DNA of 10,881 bases from Candidatus Xenobia bacterium (GTDB taxonomy: Bacteria > Vulcanimicrobiota > Xenobia > Xenobiales > QWHO01). Made by a program: the position numbers and the translations under genes. Every line of letters starts with the position of its first letter. Position 1 is the stretch's first letter. The DNA lies in contig BTUM01000145.1 in NCBI GenBank assembly GCA_045863235.1, positions 1 through 10,881 of the forward strand, read 5' to 3'. The notes below the pieces were generated by a model. That model was given only the letters and a program-made list of their open reading frames with translations, made no database searches and had not been told where the DNA came from. Positions 1 to 5,821 of this stretch are shown one piece after another.

Positions 1-456
1 CCTCGCTGGCTGGTGGGATGGTCGCGTCAGGTGGCCGCCTTCATCGAAACCCATCTGGTCGACTTGCAACGGTTGCCCACCATCGCCGAGATCGCTCGAG
101 CCCTCAATATCTCCGAGGCGGGCGTCCTGGATGTGCTGAGATTCAAGATCCCTCTCTCGCTCGATGCCCCCTCCGAGGACGTCGAGCTGAGCAAGATCCA
201 GAGCCTTCGCTGCGAGGAGTACCAGTTGCCGCTGGAAGACCGAATCTTCTTACTGGAAGCCCTGGAAGCTCTGCTCGAGATCGAGCGCAAGGTCGTTTAT
301 CTCTTCTTTTATGCTGATCTGAATCAGAGCGAGATCGCCGGGCGCTTCGGACTGGCTCCCCGCAAAGTGTCTCGCCTGATGGGCCGGGCTCTGGAGAAGC
401 TGCGGGGGATGCTGGTCGAGTTTCGGCCCGAGCTGCGCACTGAACAAAAATTTTAA
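1..456 (+). CDS. Alternative sigma-70 factor, SigB/SigF/SigG-like; 5'-truncated, regions 3 and 4 visible
   Basis: Frame is open from base 1 (PRWLVGWSRQ). Region 3 is RLPTIAEIARALNISE...PLSLDAP. Region 4 helix-turn-helix is ERKVVYLFFYADLNQSEIAGRFGLAPRKVSRLMGRALEKLR. Stop TAA at 454-456. Confidence 0.88.
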   Translation, partial: PRWLVGWSRQVAAFIETHLVDLQRLPTIAEIARALNISEAGVLDVLRFKIPLSLDAPSEDVELSKIQSLRCEEYQLPLEDRIFLLEALEALLEIERKVVYLFFYADLNQSEIAGRFGLAPRKVSRLMGRALEKLRGMLVEFRPELRTEQKF

Positions 457-475
457 CAAATGTGCCCTGGATCAC

Positions 476-508
476 TGTTCAAAGTCCCATCGGTCATGTA
501 TAATGACC
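476..508 (+). promoter_or_regulatory. Putative sigma-70 promoter of the pilin gene with an overlapping inverted repeat
   Basis: Perfect TATAAT at 499-504 in a GC-rich background. Weak -35 candidate TGTTCA at 476-481 with a 17-bp spacer. Inverted repeat GGTCAT(492-497)-N5-ATGACC(503-508) straddles the -10. Confidence 0.6.
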
Positions 509-580
509 TACGTGAGGTTAGCGAGAGAGCAAACTGCCCCGCTCACTAAACGCCAAACGAAAGGAGGCATCTGACGAAAA

Positions 581-1015
581 ATGCAGATCATTCGTCGCCG
601 CAAGAACCGCGGGTTCACCCTGATCGAGCTGATGATCGTTATCGCTATCATCGCGATTCTGGCCGCTATCCTTGTCCCGAACTTCATCAAAGCTCGTGCT
701 CAGGGTCAGCTCACTTCTTGCAAGTCCAACCTGAAGAACATTGCCACCGCGCTGGAAATGTACTCCACCGACAACGTCGGTGTGTACCCCCTCACGGGTA
801 ACTTGCCTGGTGGTCTTACCCCGAACTACCTGAAGATCATCCCGAACTGTCCGTCGGCCCAGACGCCCACGTACAACGCTGGATACTTCGCTGCTGCTCT
901 GCCGGACGCGTTTTCGGTGAGCTGCTCCGGTGGTCCGAACCACTCGGCCGCAAACGTCACCGTGGCCGACTACCCGCAGTATTCCTCTTACCAGGGCCTT
1001 ATCGAGCGCCCGTAA
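581..1015 (+). CDS. pilA: Type IV pilin, probably the major pilin (144 aa precursor)
   Basis: Class III signal peptide MQIIRRRKNRG|FTLIELMIVIAIIAILAAILVP with G-1, F+1 and E+5. SD AAGGAGG at 561-567. It has its own promoter and terminator and is followed by pilD and pilMNOPQ. Major-pilin status is inferred from context. Confidence 0.9.
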   Translation: MQIIRRRKNRGFTLIELMIVIAIIAILAAILVPNFIKARAQGQLTSCKSNLKNIATALEMYSTDNVGVYPLTGNLPGGLTPNYLKIIPNCPSAQTPTYNAGYFAAALPDAFSVSCSGGPNHSAANVTVADYPQYSSYQGLIERP

Positions 1016-1027
1016 GGAGCAACTGCC

Positions 1028-1060
1028 AAGGAGAGAGCCTGAAAGGGCTCTTTTTTTTTT
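1028..1060 (+). terminator. Rho-independent terminator after the pilin gene
   Basis: Stem AGAGCCT(1034-1040)/GGGCTCT(1045-1051), GAAA loop, T10 run at 1051-1060. Confidence 0.9.
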
Positions 1061-1106
1061 GCCCGCGGCCGGGGAAGCGGAGCTAGCAACGGAGAACCCA
1101 GCAAGC

Positions 1107-2012
1107 ATGTACGAAGAGCCCCTGCCCTTCGAGCTTCTGACCGCACCAAACCCCTTCAGCCTCTTCGTCGTGTTCCTCTTTGGGAGCCTGGTGGGCAGCT
1201 TTCTGAACGTGGTCATTTATCGAACCCCGCTCGAGCGTTCCATTGTGCTGCCGGGCTCGGCCTGCACCACCTGTGGCACGCCTCTCAAGTGGTGGCATAA
1301 CATCCCAATCCTGTCCTACTTCCTTTTAGGGGGGCGTTGCGCGTACTGCTCCTCGAGTTATTCGTCGCGCTACATGCTGCTTGAGGTCTTCGTGGCTGCC
1401 AGCGCAACCGGACTCTTCTGGTTCTACGGTGGGCCCTCGGTGGGATTCTTCGCTACCTTCACTTTGTTCGGATTCTGCCTGGCCGTTTTCTTCACCGACC
1501 TCGACCACTGGATCATTCCCGATCAGGTCAACTTCAGCGGCATTCTGGTGGGTCTACTCTTTGCACCGTTCTTGCAGCCCCGGGTCGATTTCGACCTGGA
1601 CCCGGTGCTGCTGCCGACCTGGTTACTCACAGTGCTGTCCACAACCTGGTCCGCCAACCTGCTTTCGGCGCTGCTGGGTGTCGCAGTGGGAATGGCCTTT
1701 TTTACGGCTATCCAGGTGGTGGGAACGATTCTGGCGCGCCAGGAGGCCATGGGCGGCGGCGACGTGAAGTTTGCCGGGCTCATCGGAGCCTTCCTCGGCT
1801 GGCGGTTGGCGCTGTTGGCCTTTCTGTTGAGCTTCTTTCTGGGGGCCCTCATCGCCATTCCTCTCATGATGTGGCGACGAGGGCGGGGGAAGGACCCCAT
1901 TCCCTTCGGGACCTTCATGGCTGTGGCGGCCGTCATCGTGGCTCTGCACGGGGAACGTTTGCTCGACTTTCTGATCTATTGGCCCGAGTACTTCTATCCG
2001 CTCGGATACTGA
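1107..2012 (+). CDS. pilD: Prepilin peptidase/N-methyltransferase (A24 family), about 301 aa
   Basis: GSFLNVVIYRTP; Zn-binding CTTC and CAYC; NIPILSY; catalytic Asp motifs FTDLD and MGGGDVK; C-terminal IPFG; several TM helices. Start moved from 930 to ATG 1107 because 930 overlaps the pilin gene and terminator; GGAGA lies at 1091-1095. Confidence 0.95.
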   Translation: MYEEPLPFELLTAPNPFSLFVVFLFGSLVGSFLNVVIYRTPLERSIVLPGSACTTCGTPLKWWHNIPILSYFLLGGRCAYCSSSYSSRYMLLEVFVAASATGLFWFYGGPSVGFFATFTLFGFCLAVFFTDLDHWIIPDQVNFSGILVGLLFAPFLQPRVDFDLDPVLLPTWLLTVLSTTWSANLLSALLGVAVGMAFFTAIQVVGTILARQEAMGGGDVKFAGLIGAFLGWRLALLAFLLSFFLGALIAIPLMMWRRGRGKDPIPFGTFMAVAAVIVALHGERLLDFLIYWPEYFYPLGY

Positions 2013-2130
2013 AGGCAACTCAAGAGCTTGAGGAAGGTTACTCCAGTATCGGCCCCGAAGCACCGGGTCGAACACTAGAAACGGCGCCATTCGTCGAGCC
2101 TGGTGCAATGTAAAGAGGAGTTTCGAACGT

Positions 2131-2172
2131 AGCATCGAAGCACCGTCGATGTTGAGAACTTTTTAAGTTTTT
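2131..2172 (+). terminator. Possible terminator or attenuator downstream of pilD
   Basis: Hairpin AGCATCGA(2131-2138)/TCGATGTT(2146-2153) followed after a few nt by TTTTTAAGTTTTT. The geometry is not canonical. Confidence 0.3.
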
Positions 2173-2331
2173 AGCAGGGTGAGAAACTGGAATAACGTAT
2201 TTCATCACCAGGGTGATCGGAGCTTTGAACCGGTCCCCTGACCTTTTGTCTGGAGATATGGGTAGGTGAGGCGAGTCGTCGAAAGTCGGTGGGGTTCGTT
2301 CCCTTCCCGAGCGGGAAGGGCAAGGTAGCTC

Positions 2332-3432
2332 ATGGACTTCTTTAAGAAGCTGTTTGGCGGGAGTCGTGCCCCGATGGTGGGTGGGCTGGACGTTGGCAGC
2401 AGCATGATCAAGGTGGCGCAGGTTCGGAAGACGTCTGCCGGAGCGCAGTTGGTCGCTTTTGGTGCCTGTCCAACCCCTCCGATGACCATTCGTGACGGGG
2501 CCGTGGTCGATGCACGAATGCTGGGCGATGCGATTCGTCAGTTGCTGGCCGACAGCAACGTCGCCGCCAATACCAAGATTGTCAGTGCTGTCACCGGTCA
2601 GCAGGTGGTCATTCGTCCGATCAGCATGACCAAGATGACCGAGAAAGAGTTGATCCAGGCCATCCGCTTCGAAGCCGAGCGCTACCTCCCTTACTCGGTG
2701 ACTGAGGCCCAGATTACCGGCATCAAGCTGCAGGACACCGACGAGAAGTCGATGGACGTCCTCCTGATCGCCGCTCCGAACGAGATGGTGAACAATGCCA
2801 AAGAAGTCGTCAAGATGGCCGAGGTGCAACCCGAGGCTATCGATCTGGAGCCGTTCGCGTTGTTACGGGCGCTGCAGTTGACGGCCTCGCCGGAAAAAAT
2901 GCAGCAATGCATTGCTCTCGTTAATCTGGGGGCTTCGTCGAGCAGTATTAATATTTTCAAGGGAGGTGTCCTGCGCCACAACAGAACCATCACGATCGCC
3001 GGCAATAGTTTTACGAAGGCGATCGGTCAATCCCTGAATCTGTCGTTCGAGGAAGCGGAGAAGATCAAAAAGGAGAAAGGCGTGATTCGGGTGGAAAAAG
3101 ATGCAACACCTGTACCGCCTACGACCATGAGGATCTTCAACGTGATACTGCCGGTGCTGACAGAGCTTGTGACCGAGGTCCAGCGGTCCTTCGACTACTA
3201 CCGTTCGCGCTATCGGGGCGAATCGGTCGACCTGGTTGTCTTGTCCGGGGGAACGGCTCGTTTCAAGAACATCGAAGCTTACCTCAGTAATGAGTTGAGT
3301 ATTCAGTGTGAAGTGGCCAACCCGTTCAGGAATCTCTCGGTTCAGAAAATCTCGGGGATGACTCCCGATGACCTGGAGGAGCTGGCGCCCTCCGCCATGG
3401 CCGTTATTGGCCTGGCCCTCAGGGAGGTTTAA
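2332..3432 (+). CDS. pilM: Type IV pilus assembly protein PilM (actin/FtsA-like)
   Basis: GLDVGSSMIKV phosphate-1 motif, IRFEAERYLPY, EVQRSFDYY, VVLSGGTA, and C-terminal IGLALR. Confidence 0.96.
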   Translation: MDFFKKLFGGSRAPMVGGLDVGSSMIKVAQVRKTSAGAQLVAFGACPTPPMTIRDGAVVDARMLGDAIRQLLADSNVAANTKIVSAVTGQQVVIRPISMTKMTEKELIQAIRFEAERYLPYSVTEAQITGIKLQDTDEKSMDVLLIAAPNEMVNNAKEVVKMAEVQPEAIDLEPFALLRALQLTASPEKMQQCIALVNLGASSSSINIFKGGVLRHNRTITIAGNSFTKAIGQSLNLSFEEAEKIKKEKGVIRVEKDATPVPPTTMRIFNVILPVLTELVTEVQRSFDYYRSRYRGESVDLVVLSGGTARFKNIEAYLSNELSIQCEVANPFRNLSVQKISGMTPDDLEELAPSAMAVIGLALREV

Positions 3433-3488
3433 AGGAGTTTGGCTAGTAACTATCTCGTCAATTTTGGGGTAGCCTCAGGAGGTACCAT

Positions 3489-4172
3489 ATGACCATCAAG
3501 GTGGACCTGCTACCTACCGAAAAAAAGAGGTTTGGGCTGGATCCGCTGGTTATCGTCCTGTTCCTGTTCGTGGTCCTGGCCACTGTGGCCATGTTCATGT
3601 GGAGCAAGAATCTCGAGAACCAGATCAGTCAGAAGCGGAATGCTATCGCAGAGGTTGAGAAGCAGATCAAAGACCTCGAAGCGCAGCTGCCCGTGCTCGA
3701 AGAGCGGCAGAACCGCATTCGGAAACTGAAAGAGCAGATCCAGATCATCAAGACTCTGGTCTATGACCCGGTTCGGTATGCCAACCTGCTCACGCAGATT
3801 ACTATGGCCCTGCCCGACAATGTCTTCTTGGAGTCCTTGACCATCGACCCGAGCAAGACCCAGGTCAACATGACGGGCAAAGCGGCCGAAGTCGGTGGCA
3901 CGCTCCCGCTGGCGACGATCTCGCTGCTGATGAAGAACCTGAACGACACCGAGTATTTCCGAGGTGCCTCGCTCAGTTCCGCGACGCGCGAGAAGTCCGG
4001 CGACATTCCGGCCTTCGCGTTCACCATCGACGTTGCTTACGACCCTCAGGCCGCGGCTGACCCGTCCAAGAAGCCGATGCTGCCTGGAACCGCTCCCGCC
4101 CCGGCTCCGGAGCCTGGCGCAAGTCCATCTCCGTCCGGCGACGAGACTACTGCGCCGCCGGCTCAGCCTTAA
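3489..4172 (+). CDS. pilN: Type IV pilus alignment protein PilN
   Basis: N-terminal IKVDLLP (variant of the PilM-binding INLLP motif), one TM helix, coiled coil, LPDNVFLESL, and a Pro-rich tail. SD AGGAGGT at 3477-3483. Directly follows pilM. Confidence 0.92.
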   Translation: MTIKVDLLPTEKKRFGLDPLVIVLFLFVVLATVAMFMWSKNLENQISQKRNAIAEVEKQIKDLEAQLPVLEERQNRIRKLKEQIQIIKTLVYDPVRYANLLTQITMALPDNVFLESLTIDPSKTQVNMTGKAAEVGGTLPLATISLLMKNLNDTEYFRGASLSSATREKSGDIPAFAFTIDVAYDPQAAADPSKKPMLPGTAPAPAPEPGASPSPSGDETTAPPAQP

Positions 4173-4187
4173 AGGAGGATCAGTATC

Positions 4188-4868
4188 ATGGCGCTTACTG
4201 CACCAATGAAAATATTCATCGCCCTGATCGTCATCGGACTGATCCTGGCGGGCTTCTGGTTTATGGACTACCAGCAGAAGTACAACGAGATCCAGCAACT
4301 GGATCAGAATCTCAAGCAGAGCGAAGAGAAGCTTGCCTCCAGCAAGCAGAAGCTTCAGGACCTGCCGCGGTTGACCGAGGAGATGCAGCAGCTCGAGCGC
4401 GAGCTCCAGTCGCTGATCGCCTCCAAGTTCACCAACGAAGATCCTGAGCTGTTCGTGGCCAACTATATCGCTGATATCGAGCGATTGGTTCTGGCCCAGC
4501 AACAGGCGACGGGCGACTCGACGTTCTCCATCGACTCGATTCAGCCGGGTCAGATGCAGACCACCTCAACTCCCGAGAGTGGAGATCAGGGTGGGCAGCC
4601 TGCCGGTAACGCTCCTCCTGCGCAGCCCGAGGGCGGCGCAGGTGAGGCTCCCGAGGCTCTGCAGGGCTTCCCGACTCGCGTCTTCTCGATGACGATGACC
4701 GGACGCTACGGCACCCTGGTCGAGTTCCTTTATCAGCTCGGTGCGCTCAAGCTTGATCGTCTCGTGACCATCAACAAGATCACGCTGCAGCCTGGCAAGG
4801 ACAAGAACCAGGGTGAAACCCTCAACATCCAGATTCCGATCACCGCGTATCTGCGGCAGGGAGGCTAG
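4188..4868 (+). CDS. pilO: Type IV pilus alignment protein PilO
   Basis: N-terminal TM helix, coiled coil ending DLPRL, and the PilO-type motif MTGRYGTLVEFLYQLGALKLDRLVTINKI. SD AAGGAGG just after the pilN stop. Confidence 0.9.
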   Translation: MALTAPMKIFIALIVIGLILAGFWFMDYQQKYNEIQQLDQNLKQSEEKLASSKQKLQDLPRLTEEMQQLERELQSLIASKFTNEDPELFVANYIADIERLVLAQQQATGDSTFSIDSIQPGQMQTTSTPESGDQGGQPAGNAPPAQPEGGAGEAPEALQGFPTRVFSMTMTGRYGTLVEFLYQLGALKLDRLVTINKITLQPGKDKNQGETLNIQIPITAYLRQGG

Positions 4869-4869
4869 A

Positions 4870-5619
4870 ATGAACAACAAGACGGTTGATTCCGTCCGAA
4901 CTGGTCTGCGCCGCCTGGCCCTTGGAACCGTGATCGGCGCAATGGTGATCGGAGGGGTTGCCTGTGGTGGGTCCCCCGCGCCGACTCCGACGGATAGCCC
5001 GACAGCCACGAGCACCGGTGCTGCTTCACCCAGCCCGGGCGACACGTCTTCGCCGTCGAGCAGCACAGGAACGCAGGGTGCTTCCGAGACCGTCAGCATC
5101 ACCGATACCGGCGCCGAGGCTCCGGCCACCGGTACGCCGGCGGCAAGTCCCACTCCCAGGGGAAGTCAGCCGCTAGCCAGACCGGTCCAGCAGCAGATCA
5201 CCCGGGACCCGTTCGTCAATCCATTGACGGGCGGAGGGGCCTCCCTGGCTTCGCGGCCTACCGTCCGGGCCACCCCGCGGGTCACCGCGGCGACCCCGGG
5301 CTCGACCGCCGCGGCTACTCCTGGAACCAAGGCGAGCCCGGGTGCTCAGGATGCGGCCGAGCCGGAGGAGGAAGTTCCGCCTCCGGATGTAACCGTGACC
5401 GGAATCGTCATGGGGGCGGGTCGTTCGTTCGCGATCGTCACCGGTCCCGAGCAGTCCTACATCGTCGGTGTGGGAGACAAACTGGTCGAGTATCGCATCC
5501 TGGCCATCAGTCCGCAGGCTGTCACCTTCGGGCTGAAGTCCAAGAAGTTCAAGGTCAAGCTCCAGGATGAATTTGGCGCTGACGCCGCTGGCACCAAGGC
5601 CACGGCGAAAGGGCGTTAA
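4870..5619 (+). CDS. pilP: PilP-like lipoprotein (249 aa) with long Thr/Ser/Pro/Ala linkers
   Basis: ATG 4870 is 1 nt after the pilO stop with GGAGG upstream. Lipobox-like GVAC (Cys32), RDPF motif typical of PilP, and C-terminal beta domain VTVTGIV...AIV...YIVGVGDKL...ILAI. Lies between pilO and pilQ. Confidence 0.8.
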   Translation: MNNKTVDSVRTGLRRLALGTVIGAMVIGGVACGGSPAPTPTDSPTATSTGAASPSPGDTSSPSSSTGTQGASETVSITDTGAEAPATGTPAASPTPRGSQPLARPVQQQITRDPFVNPLTGGGASLASRPTVRATPRVTAATPGSTAAATPGTKASPGAQDAAEPEEEVPPPDVTVTGIVMGAGRSFAIVTGPEQSYIVGVGDKLVEYRILAISPQAVTFGLKSKKFKVKLQDEFGADAAGTKATAKGR

Positions 5620-5634
5620 CAAAGAATGGCTCGT

Positions 5635-5810
5635 TTCGCCGGGCTCCGGCGGATAGTTTGGAAGGTGGTGATCTCGACCCCGGACTAACAAGTCAAAGCT
5701 ACAGGGCGGAATCTGGCGACGGAGGTTCCATTGAGTCCTGTGGCTGAGGTCGGTTTCACTCTTGCGCCTTCCGTCGTGGTGTGCGCAACAAAGTCGTTGA
5801 CTAGGAGGTG
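5635..5810 (+). promoter_or_regulatory. Candidate structured cis-regulatory RNA in the pilQ leader
   Basis: Several nested stems, a loop-to-downstream complementarity and an alternative anti-SD helix were found by eye (see findings). I do not recognise a known RNA family. Confidence 0.5.
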
Positions 5811-5821
5811 GGTTAACACCA

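Noticed and set aside
511..570. c-di-GMP riboswitch in the pilin leader (GAGCAAAC...)
   Set aside because: It lacks the GNRA-capped stem and GCAAAGC junction of class I and the class II pseudoknot. Only an imperfect hairpin (TTAGCGAG/CTCACTAA) is visible.
930..1106. N-terminal extension of pilD in the ORF track
   Set aside because: It overlaps the pilin gene and runs through its terminator. ATG 1107 fits PilD better.
2240..2270. SigB/SigF-type promoter (GGGTAG) upstream of pilM
   Set aside because: There is no properly spaced GTTT -35 element and the match is too short to support.
4813..4869. Upstream start for pilP
   Set aside because: It overlaps pilO. ATG 4870 has an SD and gives a sensible lipoprotein signal peptide.
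5635..5660. Intrinsic terminator after pilP
   Set aside because: The GC hairpin (5635-5653) has only a 3-nt loop and a poor U-tract (TAGTTTG). It may be a pause or stability hairpin but is not supportable as a terminator.
5694..5706. CAAAGCTACAGGG resembles part of the c-di-GMP-I consensus
   Set aside because: The upstream GGCAAA...GAAA stem and the tetraloop receptor are missing. The region is kept only as an unclassified structured leader.
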